A DNA stretch of 64,000 bases from a virus, in the IMG/VR virus record IMGVR_UViG_3300042894_003945, positions 1 to 64,000 of that record, one strand, 5' to 3'. Below are positions 10,475-19,475 of this stretch, piece by piece; the stretch's first letter is position 1, and each line of letters opens with the position of its first letter. Below the pieces are notes generated by a model, which had not been told where the DNA came from, searched no databases, and saw only the letters and a list, made by a program, of their open reading frames with translations. The translations under genes were made by a program, and so were the position numbers.

Positions 10475-10675
10475 TTAAAGACTTCCGCTTGTTGCTAATT
10501 GATTGTAAGTCAACATTTTAACTTTAAAATCAGGATCCGTCAGATATAAATGTATTGATCTATTTACAAACTTCTGAAGAGATAACCCTGTCCTTGCACT
10601 TTCTATTTTAAAATTTTCCGACAAGTCTTTGTGTATTTTTACACTTGTTAATTTTAATCTGTCTTGATAAGCCAT
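10475..10675 (-). CDS. Small putative ribbon-helix-helix DNA-binding protein
   Basis: LTSVKI strand followed by two helices (DLSENFKIES, SLQKFVNRSIHLYL); heads the glycosylation operon. Confidence 0.55.
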   Translation of the reverse strand: MAYQDRLKLTSVKIHKDLSENFKIESARTGLSLQKFVNRSIHLYLTDPDFKVKMLTYNQLATSGSL

Positions 10676-10699
10676 AGTAACTAATTTATATATTTCATA

Positions 10700-10707
10700 T
10701 ATAAATA
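10700..10707 (-). promoter_or_regulatory. Putative phage late promoter TATTTATA
   Basis: Same motif recurs upstream of many minus-strand operon starts. Confidence 0.55.
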
Positions 10708-10737
10708 TATACAGATTGATAAAAAGAATCTACTTAG

Positions 10738-11676
10738 TTAATTTTTTTTATCACATAAATCTGCAGAGTCTTTGAAGGGGCAGAATCTACAGTTATTACC
10801 ACTTGCTTTCTTTACGTATTGTTGTTCTTTAGGAGTCCCATCCTGGTTATAACAATCGTTAATGAAATTAGTAAACCTCTGAACAGCTTGATGGACTTTA
10901 CTCTTTCCATTAGCAGGCTCATGAATCTGTATCCTCGATTGGGGGAAGTCTGCATTTTCATACAACTTTCTTTTTAAAATTCTAAATCTAGGAACTATTT
11001 TATCTACTGGTACTCCAAATTGCTTTGAAAAGTAGTTTTTATATAGAAGTATCTGCGCTTGTTTTATCTCATCTTTCTTCTCATAATCTCTCCAGCCTTT
11101 AGTAGATGTTTTAAAATCTTCTATGTAAACAGTTCCATCTGTCTTATCTCTATAAATAAAGTCCACAAAACCTTGAAATAAAAAAGTATCGGTATCGTCT
11201 TTAACTTCTACCAGCAGAGGTATCTCCATACCCAACAATTCATAATCTCTTGTAGAAAAATAAGAAGTTCTTTTCTTCCTAAATTGATATAGAATATCAA
11301 TACCGTCTTCATAAAACTCTGCCATCTCTTCTTTAGTAGAGAAGTGATTGCCTCCATTATTTGCTACTTCTTTAAGATACTCTTCTCTAAATACCCTCTC
11401 AAACATCTCTACCATATTAAACTCCTCAGATTCTTTTACTGATTTGTTAAATAAAATAGTTAGATACGTCTGCAAGGTTTCGTGTATAGCAGTACCAAAA
11501 ACTGTATTGATGCTGGCAGAGAATGGATATATCCCTTTTGCATAACTGAGATACCATCTGTACGGACAGGATTCATATACAGAATACTGTGAGAATGATA
11601 TCTTTTTTTGATCATCCCTTTTATCTTCTTTTATTCTAGGTACAAGCTCCTCTGATAATCCAAGGACTTCTTTCAT
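10738..11676 (-). CDS. PD-(D/E)XK exonuclease, Cas4/RecB-like with probable Fe-S cluster
   Basis: SFSQ..CP, GTAIH, GFVD, IEDFKTS, Q..LY, C-terminal CRFCP..C. Confidence 0.88.
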   Translation of the reverse strand: MKEVLGLSEELVPRIKEDKRDDQKKISFSQYSVYESCPYRWYLSYAKGIYPFSASINTVFGTAIHETLQTYLTILFNKSVKESEEFNMVEMFERVFREEYLKEVANNGGNHFSTKEEMAEFYEDGIDILYQFRKKRTSYFSTRDYELLGMEIPLLVEVKDDTDTFLFQGFVDFIYRDKTDGTVYIEDFKTSTKGWRDYEKKDEIKQAQILLYKNYFSKQFGVPVDKIVPRFRILKRKLYENADFPQSRIQIHEPANGKSKVHQAVQRFTNFINDCYNQDGTPKEQQYVKKASGNNCRFCPFKDSADLCDKKN

Positions 11677-11867
11677 GGTATTTTAGATATGAGATTGTCT
11701 AGCTCTACTGTTACTTTTCCAATCTCTGTCATAAGATAGTTAAACTGTGCTTGTATATCATCGCTAGATGGATCATCGCTATTAGATAGAGCTTCTATCT
11801 GTATTCTATAATCATCCAACTTTCTGTTACAAGCTTCTATACCTTCGTTTATTTCTTCTAATGTCAT
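11673..11867 (-). CDS. Hypothetical coiled-coil protein
   Basis: ORF with ATGA overlaps on both sides. Confidence 0.55.
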   Translation of the reverse strand: MTLEEINEGIEACNRKLDDYRIQIEALSNSDDPSSDDIQAQFNYLMTEIGKVTVELDNLISKIP

Positions 11868-12115
11868 TCTGTATCTTTTTTAGATTCTTCTTCTATTCCT
11901 AAAGGAGAGAACTCTTTGTTAACATGTTTACAGTTTACACAGTAAAAAGTAGGTACCGGGATCAGTTGATCTTTGTCGCTGGCAGTTGCTACTAAAAACT
12001 TAGATACTTTTCTTAAATACATCGCTTCTGAGAAAATTGTTCCTCCACATTTTTCACAAACTACTCCTGTTGTCTGATCAAATCTAATATTCGCTAACGG
12101 ATTATGTTGTTGCAT
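11864..12115 (-). CDS. Zn-ribbon protein
   Basis: CEKC...CVNC. Confidence 0.7.
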   Translation of the reverse strand: MQQHNPLANIRFDQTTGVVCEKCGGTIFSEAMYLRKVSKFLVATASDKDQLIPVPTFYCVNCKHVNKEFSPLGIEEESKKDTE

Positions 12116-12125
12116 ATTTTATGTT

Positions 12126-13781
12126 TTACATGAATTGACTATAATCTACATCTTCTTTTTTATCATCTCCTACAAAGTACACAGTTGATTCTGTAGTAAG
12201 AATTGTTCCTGCTACACTTGCTGCATTTTCTATAGCAGTTCTTGTGATCTTAGTTGGATCAAGAATACCGCTAGAAAGAAAATCTTCCACTTCACCAGTC
12301 TTAGCATTGTATCCTATCCATTCTTTGTTATCTTCTTCATCAGTTGCTCTCTTATCAATTAAACTAAGAAGTTCGTATACGTTTTCTATTCCGGCATTGT
12401 AAAGTATCTTTTTAAATGGAGCAGACAAAGCCTTTTCTACTATTCCAACTCCAAGTTCTTGATCGTCATTATCACAGTTGTTATAAGCGTCTTTAATGAA
12501 CTCTTTACAGTTAATCAAAGCCATACCACCTCCAGGCACAATACCTTGATCTAAAGCCGCTTTAGTTGCGTGTAAAGCATCATCAACACGATCTTTTTTC
12601 TCTCTCATTTCCACTTCACTTAGACCACCAACGTTAATAATAGCAACACCTCCAGTAAGCTTTGACAATCTTTCTTGAAGCTTCTCTACTTCAAAATTAG
12701 ATTTAGCTATTTCTATTTGTGCTTTTAAGTCAGACAGTCTCTGTTCTATCTTTTCTATATCCCCCTTTCCATCAATGATAGTTGTGTCTTTGCTTGTTAT
12801 GTTTACAACACGAGACTTTCCAAACATCGCTTTAAACTCGTCTGGTTTCATTTTATCTATCTTGTGACCTTTGGTTGGAGATACTACAGTTCCTCCAGTA
12901 AGAATAGCTATATCTTCTAAAATAGCAGTCCTTCTATCTCCAAAGTCTGGGGCTTTTACTGCACATACTTTAATAGTATTGTTAGCTTTATTTACTACAA
13001 GCAATGCTAAGGCTTCGTTTTCTACATCTTCTGCAATAATCAAAAGAGGTAAGTTTTCCGAGTGTGCTGCTTGCAATACAGGAAGTACGTGTGCTGTTGT
13101 ATTTAATCTACCATCGTATAAGAAAATAAGAGGCTTTTCAAATACAGCTTGCATAGAAGTGTTGTCTGTAACAAAATAAGGAGATTTGTACCCACGCTCA
13201 AACATCATACCCTCAACAACTTCTAAAGTAGTTTCTCCAGTCTTAGACTCTTCTATAGCCACTACACCATCTGTTCCAACTTTATCCAAAGCTGTGGCAA
13301 TTAAGGTGCCGATCTCAGGATCATTGTTAGCTGATATTGTTGCTACTTGCTTTATCTGATCTTCAGATGAGATATCTTTTGAAATAGATTTTAGACCTTC
13401 AACAACTTTAGCTACTCCTTTATCAATACCTTTCTTAACCTCTACCGCATTTGATCCCTGAGTGATGGCTTTCATTCCGTCATTGATCATTACAGTTGCT
13501 AATAAAGTAGATGTTGTAGTACCATCTCCTGCTTTGTCTGCGGACTTAATAGAAACTTGTTTTACCATTTGAGCCCCGATATCCTCTACTGGATCTTCTA
13601 ACTTAGAGAAAGCTTTGGCTACGGTTACTCCATCTTTGGTAACCTTGATTGATCCATCAGCATCTCTAATTATTACATTCCTACCAGCAGGTCCTAATGT
13701 AGAAGATACGCTGTCATTAATTTTATTAATTCCACTTAGAATTTTCTTCTTTAATTCTGTTCCAAACTCTGTCTTTATCAT
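12126..13781 (-). CDS. groL: Chaperonin GroEL
   Basis: TLGPAGRNV, VTKDGVTVA, AGDGTTT, GIVPGGG, GILDP motifs; 551 aa. Confidence 0.97.
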   Translation of the reverse strand: MIKTEFGTELKKKILSGINKINDSVSSTLGPAGRNVIIRDADGSIKVTKDGVTVAKAFSKLEDPVEDIGAQMVKQVSIKSADKAGDGTTTSTLLATVMINDGMKAITQGSNAVEVKKGIDKGVAKVVEGLKSISKDISSEDQIKQVATISANNDPEIGTLIATALDKVGTDGVVAIEESKTGETTLEVVEGMMFERGYKSPYFVTDNTSMQAVFEKPLIFLYDGRLNTTAHVLPVLQAAHSENLPLLIIAEDVENEALALLVVNKANNTIKVCAVKAPDFGDRRTAILEDIAILTGGTVVSPTKGHKIDKMKPDEFKAMFGKSRVVNITSKDTTIIDGKGDIEKIEQRLSDLKAQIEIAKSNFEVEKLQERLSKLTGGVAIINVGGLSEVEMREKKDRVDDALHATKAALDQGIVPGGGMALINCKEFIKDAYNNCDNDDQELGVGIVEKALSAPFKKILYNAGIENVYELLSLIDKRATDEEDNKEWIGYNAKTGEVEDFLSSGILDPTKITRTAIENAASVAGTILTTESTVYFVGDDKKEDVDYSQFM

Positions 13782-13784
13782 ATA

Positions 13785-14081
13785 TTAATCTTTTATAATT
13801 GAAAGAATTTCTACCTCTCTACAAACATAGTACTCTTCTTGATCTACTATAATTTGTACTACTACTGATTTAGGCACTATTACTATATCTCCTACCTCAA
13901 CTTTCATTGGGTAGTAGTTTCCCATATGCGGATTATACATACCTTCTCCACGATCAACTACTTCAAAGTAGTTTGATTTTTCTTTACCGGTGTCTGGTAC
14001 TATAATACCCCCTACCATCTTGTCTTCTGCGTCTATTTTTTTTAAGACGACTTTGTCGTGTAATGCAACTAATTTACTCAT
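13785..14081 (-). CDS. groS: Co-chaperonin GroES
   Basis: LHDKVVLK, GGIIVPDTGKEK mobile loop, VEVGDIV; immediately upstream of groL. Confidence 0.93.
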   Translation of the reverse strand: MSKLVALHDKVVLKKIDAEDKMVGGIIVPDTGKEKSNYFEVVDRGEGMYNPHMGNYYPMKVEVGDIVIVPKSVVVQIIVDQEEYYVCREVEILSIIKD

Positions 14082-14091
14082 ATTTTATTTT

Positions 14092-16398
14092 TTAGTGACC
14101 ATCTCTCAAATTGTGTGCCAAAGCTGGCGGTGCTACTAACTCTAAAGAAAGTCTAGTAGTGTTTTCCATTCTATCTTGAACAATTTTAGAAGCTTCCTCT
14201 GCTGCGTTTTCTTCTACCTCCATAACTAATTGGTCATGGATCTGTGCTACTACTTGTCCTTTTATTCCTTTTCTTTTAAATTCTCTGTTTATTTCAATAG
14301 CTGCACGATTTACAATAGAGGCCGCTAGACTTTGAATTTGATAGTTCATTCCGTTATTAAGACCATTCTTATAATCTCTAACCATATTCAAAACAGTGTC
14401 TTTATCTAATTGCTCTTCTAGCTTTCTTTGAAATTTAAACTCTAATAGTTTGTCTCCAAACTTCTTGTAAAGATAAGAAACTTTTGGTAAATGACGAACT
14501 CTTCCTACTTGTGTTTTTATATAACCATATTTTTTTACAAACTCTTTAGAAGTCTCCATCCATTTTTTTAGATTAGGAAATCCATTAAGATATCCGTCTA
14601 TAAGTTTTTCCGCTTCTTCGGTAGACACTTCTATGCTTTTACCTAGAGCATAAGCGCCCATTCCATAAGGAATACCTAAAGAGTATGCTTTAGCTTTCTG
14701 CCTTACATTATTCGCCATCTTCTTCAAGTAATTAGGAGCTTTCTTATCTGGAGAGTATTGTTCTAGCTTTTCAGTTTTTATGGCAATGGTAGAGTAGAAA
14801 TCCCAACCATTACGAAATATGTCCTTTAATCCCTCATCATCAGCTACGTGAGAGAATACTTTAGGTTCAAGGGATTCGTAGTCGCAGTCTATGAATACTG
14901 TTCCCGGTTTGCAAACAAAGAACGCACGTATCATATTATTATACTTAAGCACTATTGGATCATCTTCCCCTTCTTCTTTGGGTCTAGGGAGCTGTTGTGC
15001 ATCGGATCCATATCTACCTGATACTGTAGCGTGCTGTTTGTAGTAAAAATAATATAGCCCGTCTTCCACTTTATCTAAAAATCTATCCATATAAGTAGAC
15101 TTTATTTTAAGAAGTCTATTGTATATTCTTAAATTTTTAGCCCACTCATGCTTTTCAGATATAGATTGTATAAAATCATCATCAAACTTATCTTTACCTT
15201 TATCAGTAGCAGATAAGGGTTTAAATCCTAATACTCCAAAAGCAATGCTACCCAAGTGATCTTTTGATTGTATATTAAAAAAATCCCCTTCTTGACTTTC
15301 TTTCCACAATCCCACACTAATTTTTACAACAATCTTTTCATCTAATAGATCTAGATTTCCAGTTAACAAGTAATTCTTTACATCAGAATCTGGTAGTTCA
15401 TTTATAAGTTTAGAAGTTAAAGAGTACTTGCCAGACTTTTCTGAAATAGGTAGCGGGAGGTTGTAGTATTCTGTTAGCTTTTGAGCGTAAGTTCCTTTAT
15501 TACTAGGAGGGTATTTTTCTAAGGCTTTATCTACAACCCACTCCTTAACGGCAGGATTTTTCAGAAGATCCGCTATAACAAGTTTTTTGTAAGTTTCTAA
15601 ATCTTTTATAATTTCCTCTCTAGACTTGTTCATCAAATCCACGTCTACCATTACTCCGTTGCTCTCCATAGGGATAGTAACTTCTTTATACAATGGCATT
15701 ACTTCATCCTCAAAGAAAAATTTCTCTAGACCTTCTTTTACAAGTTTCTGATAATAGTAGTTATATACTCTTAAAGTAAGATCGGTATCAGCACATGCAT
15801 ACTTAGAGAGAATTGGAAGATCTGCTTTCCATATTTCATAATTCTCTTTAGTTGTTGTGCCTCCATTAGATTTTATAGATTCTTTTAGTAAAACTTGCTC
15901 TTCGTTCGCTTCCTTTTCCATATCAAGCCCTAACTCAGATTGAATCGCTATGGCTATATCTTTCAAACCAAAGGATCCTCCAAACCCTTCCCCAGCACCT
16001 TCCTCAGATACTGTATGTACAAGTAGTATAGTATCAGCATGTATAGAAGGAGTTATATCTATATCATAGAAACATTTTACGAACCTAGAATCAAAAGATA
16101 AGTTGTGTCCTATTATTTTCTTGGTACACAATAGATTTATAACTTTCTTTGCTAGATCGTGACAACTCTCTCCATATATTTTACTGTCACTAAGCTCTCC
16201 ATTTTTATGTTCCATAGTAGGCATGTAATATCCTATACCAACCTCTGCTGATACTGATATGCCTATTATACTTCCTTTTCTGGGATTGAGAGATGTGGTT
16301 TCTGTGTCAAAAGCAATTATGTCATTTGCTTTTATATGACTCACCATTTCTCTTAAAGTGTCTGGGGTATCTACTGTTACGTATTTCTTTTCTTGCAT
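14092..16398 (-). CDS. polA: Family A DNA polymerase (3'-5' exonuclease + polymerase, no 5'-3' exonuclease domain)
   Basis: AFDTETT, GHNLSFD, YACAD exonuclease motifs; DYESLE (A), RQKAKAYSLGIPYG (B), QIHDQ (C). Confidence 0.95.
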   Translation of the reverse strand: MQEKKYVTVDTPDTLREMVSHIKANDIIAFDTETTSLNPRKGSIIGISVSAEVGIGYYMPTMEHKNGELSDSKIYGESCHDLAKKVINLLCTKKIIGHNLSFDSRFVKCFYDIDITPSIHADTILLVHTVSEEGAGEGFGGSFGLKDIAIAIQSELGLDMEKEANEEQVLLKESIKSNGGTTTKENYEIWKADLPILSKYACADTDLTLRVYNYYYQKLVKEGLEKFFFEDEVMPLYKEVTIPMESNGVMVDVDLMNKSREEIIKDLETYKKLVIADLLKNPAVKEWVVDKALEKYPPSNKGTYAQKLTEYYNLPLPISEKSGKYSLTSKLINELPDSDVKNYLLTGNLDLLDEKIVVKISVGLWKESQEGDFFNIQSKDHLGSIAFGVLGFKPLSATDKGKDKFDDDFIQSISEKHEWAKNLRIYNRLLKIKSTYMDRFLDKVEDGLYYFYYKQHATVSGRYGSDAQQLPRPKEEGEDDPIVLKYNNMIRAFFVCKPGTVFIDCDYESLEPKVFSHVADDEGLKDIFRNGWDFYSTIAIKTEKLEQYSPDKKAPNYLKKMANNVRQKAKAYSLGIPYGMGAYALGKSIEVSTEEAEKLIDGYLNGFPNLKKWMETSKEFVKKYGYIKTQVGRVRHLPKVSYLYKKFGDKLLEFKFQRKLEEQLDKDTVLNMVRDYKNGLNNGMNYQIQSLAASIVNRAAIEINREFKRKGIKGQVVAQIHDQLVMEVEENAAEEASKIVQDRMENTTRLSLELVAPPALAHNLRDGH

Positions 16399-16420
16399 TT
16401 CATAACCTTTATTTTTTTAA

Positions 16421-16867
16421 TTAAACTCCTGTGCTACCGAAACCACCCTCGCCTCTTATCGTTTCGGACAGCTCCTGCGTCTCGTAGAATATAGGACGTT
16501 CGGGTAGTTTCATTAGCACTCCTTGGGCTATTCTTTGACCTGTTGTAAAGATAAAAGGATAATTCCCATGATTTATAAGTATAACTTTTATTTCTCCTCT
16601 ATAATCGGAATCTACAGTTCCTGGGGAGTTTAATACTGTTATTTTATTTTTTAAAGCTAAACCGCTTCTAGGTCTAATCTGCAATTCATACCCTTGAGGG
16701 ATCTCCATAGCCAGTCCTGTGTTGACTAGTAAAACTTCATTTGGAGGTACAGATCCTGCGTGGCTGGATCTTAAATCAAACCCTGCGGCTTCTGATGTTT
16801 CATACGAGGGTATTATTGCATTTTCGTTTAGTTTAATTACTCTTATAGTAGGTATCTTAATATCCAT
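16421..16867 (-). CDS. dut: dUTPase (trimeric)
   Basis: AGFDL, RPRSGLA, GTVDSDYRGE, RIAQ, RGEGGFGSTG. Confidence 0.97.
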   Translation of the reverse strand: MDIKIPTIRVIKLNENAIIPSYETSEAAGFDLRSSHAGSVPPNEVLLVNTGLAMEIPQGYELQIRPRSGLALKNKITVLNSPGTVDSDYRGEIKVILINHGNYPFIFTTGQRIAQGVLMKLPERPIFYETQELSETIRGEGGFGSTGV

Positions 16868-16870
16868 AAC

Positions 16871-17098
16871 TTAACTTCCTATTTCAGAATTACAAATAAG
16901 GTCCATCATTATATCCTCGAAATCTCCTGGGCTTTGCACTTCTTTAAATCTCTCTTTCAAAAAGGAAGTATAAGGTTCGGGAGGAGATACTTCATGTAAG
17001 ACAATTCCTTTCCCAATATATTTTACTGTGTAGTACTGTCCTTCCTCAATAACTTCAGGGTATCCTTTGATACATTCTACGATTGATCCGATTTCCAT
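16871..17098 (-). CDS. Hypothetical phage protein
   Basis: ORF tiles operon; G..VECI..G..Y.V small beta-barrel-like pattern. Confidence 0.55.
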   Translation of the reverse strand: MEIGSIVECIKGYPEVIEEGQYYTVKYIGKGIVLHEVSPPEPYTSFLKERFKEVQSPGDFEDIMMDLICNSEIGS

Positions 17099-17104
17099 AA
17101 CCTT

Positions 17105-17314
17105 TTATTTTTTAGTTTGTTCTAGTTTCTGTTCTAGTTCTAATATCCTATCTTTAAGTTTTTCTAATTCATTTTTTATATACTCCAAAGAAGCGTTAAC
17201 TAATAGTGCATTTGTTAGAAATTCTCTATTAATATGCTGTTGTTTTTCATTAATATAAAAAAGATATCCCATTCCTAAGAGATTGATGGCAAGACAAATA
17301 ATATAAAAAATCAT
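17105..17314 (-). CDS. Small membrane-anchored coiled-coil protein
   Basis: Hydrophobic N-terminus followed by heptad-rich tail. Confidence 0.55.
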   Translation of the reverse strand: MIFYIICLAINLLGMGYLFYINEKQQHINREFLTNALLVNASLEYIKNELEKLKDRILELEQKLEQTKK

Positions 17315-17328
17315 GGTATTACTTTTAA

Positions 17329-17359
17329 CAAATATAAATATTATTTACCTTCCAACAAA
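17329..17359 (-). promoter_or_regulatory. Bacteroidota sigma-A-type promoter (TTTG-N19-TATATTTG), overlapping a TATTTATA motif
   Basis: -33 at 17356-17359 and -7 at 17329-17336 on the minus strand. Confidence 0.6.
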
Positions 17360-17514
17360 ATTTTATTTCCTTTTTCCCATTTAGGATCGTAAGGACACTC
17401 TTTACATTTATTACCACAACAATGTCCTCTTTGTTTTAAATAGTGAGCGGTGAGTACTATGTACCCAGTCCGCTCATCTATGTAAAAGTCTATATTTTCT
17501 TGAAGTTTCGACAT
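17341..17514 (-). CDS. Small Cys-rich protein (DUF5522-like); start placed at ATG 17514 overlapping the RNR stop
   Basis: GYIVLTAHYLKQRGHCCGNKCKECPY motif; TAATG coupling with nrdJ. Confidence 0.75.
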   Translation of the reverse strand: MSKLQENIDFYIDERTGYIVLTAHYLKQRGHCCGNKCKECPYDPKWEKGNKILLEGK

Positions 17515-19364
17515 TATTCTACAGCACAGGCACCACCAGCGCATGCTGCTATAGCACCAAAGTTAACAGTATCATCTTCTTCTAAAACATTGGTAAGGTC
17601 TATAGAAGTAAGGTGTTTGATCTTCTCTTCATACTGCTCTTTTGTTATATCTTCAAAAGGAGCTTGAACATATGTTCCTCCCCAATAAGGAAGCACAGAA
17701 AGTCCGTTATAATGAGCCCTGTTTTCCCACATCCAATCTCCTACTGTTTCCCACTCATCTTGTTTAATAGATACTGTAGCAGAAACGTTATGGCTGTTAT
17801 ACCCGTTTCTATGACCACTCTTAATCCAGTTTGTAGAGAAGTGTTTAACTCTTTCAAGAAGTTCTATAGGAGTTTCAGTCCTCAATAAAGATCCTGCCGG
17901 TGCTTTAATTGGAATCCTTACACACAAAGTATCGTGAGATCTCAAAGCATCGTCTTCACAAATCTCAGGATGGTTAGCCATTAGATACTTTGCAATATCT
18001 TCTGACTTATTAAAACGAACAGTTCTTAGATAGTAATCATTATGCCAAGCATGGATACCAGAAGCGGTTCCTAATACACAAGATGTAGTTCCTGAAGGTT
18101 TAATACAAGTAACACGGGCTGCCTTGTTGATCCCAATCTCCTCAGCATAGAAAGCATTTGCTTCTTTTGCCACATCTGCTGCTTTTTTCAGATCGTACTT
18201 TAAGATCTCACCGCTACCAATACCTGTCATGCCAATACCTAAAAGCGCATCCTTTTCTGTAGTCTTCTGCCAAATAGAACGTAGATAGTGGAAATCTGTA
18301 TAAGATGCCTGTAACGTTCCAAAGAAAGCTGCCACTTTAACACGTTGCATAAGATCTTCTTCGTCTACTACATCTGATACATTAACCTCGCAAAGATTAC
18401 AGAACTGATAAGGACGCAGTGCAATCTCACAACATGGATTAGTTCCCCACTCAATATTCTTTGTCCAATAGAATCCAGGCTCTCCTGAATTACTAAGTTC
18501 TATCTTTTTCCACAAAGCTCTAAACTCTTCTTCAGAGATCTGGCCTCTTTCTAATACTGCTGAGTTATTAGCTCTACCACGTTGTTCATTTAGTTCCCAC
18601 CAATTACCGAATTTACATGTAAGCATATCTTCATCATCATGGCTAAACAAAGCAATCATAGCAGCTCTTCTAATACCACCAGACAGTACGCTATTAGCAA
18701 TGTGGCACATGATATCATGAACTTCTAAAGTAGTAAGCTTTTCCCCATTCTGTTTGCGTTCAAGCATTGCTTCTATGTGGAACAAACAAGTCTTAAGTGG
18801 TTCAGGACCAGGTGCCTTACCTCCAGCTGTGATAAGTCTAGCTCCTTTAGGACGAATGTCTCTAAAGTCGAAAAGAGGTTTAGGACCTTTTCCGAAATAA
18901 GACTTCATAAGAACTTTAACTGCGTCAGCCCATCCTATGATGCTATCTTGAATCAAAAATCTTTTTTGTTTTGTAGGCTTAATTATTTCAGGAAGTTTCT
19001 CAACGTGTTGAAACTGAACCGAATATCCTACACCTGTACCTCCCAACAAAAGAAACATAGCTTCAGAAAAACAATGTACACTATCCATAGGTAGATAGCA
19101 ACAATTATAAATTCTAGCATTATTTACTTCTGCTGCGTTACCTGAAAATTGTAAAGCTCTCATTGAAGGTAGAACTTTTTTCTGTCTTATAAACTCCGCA
19201 TTTTCAGCTATTTCCTTTTTCAATTTAGGAAATTTTTGCATCATCATTACTTCATATCTGGTAACGATTTCATCCCACGTTTCTCTCCTCTGTAGCTCTG
19301 GCATATACTTTGAATACTTAGAGAAAATAGTGACTTGACTTAAGATTTCTGATCCTAATTCCAT
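17514..19364 (-). CDS. nrdJ: Class II (adenosylcobalamin-dependent) ribonucleotide reductase
   Basis: PSMR, YNC, GGTGVG, GGIRRAA, TNPCCEI, CNL, CIKPSGT, C-terminal CAGGAC; no beta-subunit gene nearby. Confidence 0.92.
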   Translation of the reverse strand: MELGSEILSQVTIFSKYSKYMPELQRRETWDEIVTRYEVMMMQKFPKLKKEIAENAEFIRQKKVLPSMRALQFSGNAAEVNNARIYNCCYLPMDSVHCFSEAMFLLLGGTGVGYSVQFQHVEKLPEIIKPTKQKRFLIQDSIIGWADAVKVLMKSYFGKGPKPLFDFRDIRPKGARLITAGGKAPGPEPLKTCLFHIEAMLERKQNGEKLTTLEVHDIMCHIANSVLSGGIRRAAMIALFSHDDEDMLTCKFGNWWELNEQRGRANNSAVLERGQISEEEFRALWKKIELSNSGEPGFYWTKNIEWGTNPCCEIALRPYQFCNLCEVNVSDVVDEEDLMQRVKVAAFFGTLQASYTDFHYLRSIWQKTTEKDALLGIGMTGIGSGEILKYDLKKAADVAKEANAFYAEEIGINKAARVTCIKPSGTTSCVLGTASGIHAWHNDYYLRTVRFNKSEDIAKYLMANHPEICEDDALRSHDTLCVRIPIKAPAGSLLRTETPIELLERVKHFSTNWIKSGHRNGYNSHNVSATVSIKQDEWETVGDWMWENRAHYNGLSVLPYWGGTYVQAPFEDITKEQYEEKIKHLTSIDLTNVLEEDDTVNFGAIAACAGGACAVE

Positions 19365-19475
19365 AGTTGTTTTTAATTAAATTTTTAAGAGAGGTAAAAA
19401 TAAATACGGTATATACAGACAAAAAAAATTGAAATTGCTCAGCTTTTTTTATCCCCCTAACCTATGCTTACGGGT

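Noticed and set aside
19365-19475. Possible cobalamin riboswitch upstream of the class II RNR
   Set aside because: The gap is only about 110 nt, is AT-rich and has no recognisable B12-box.
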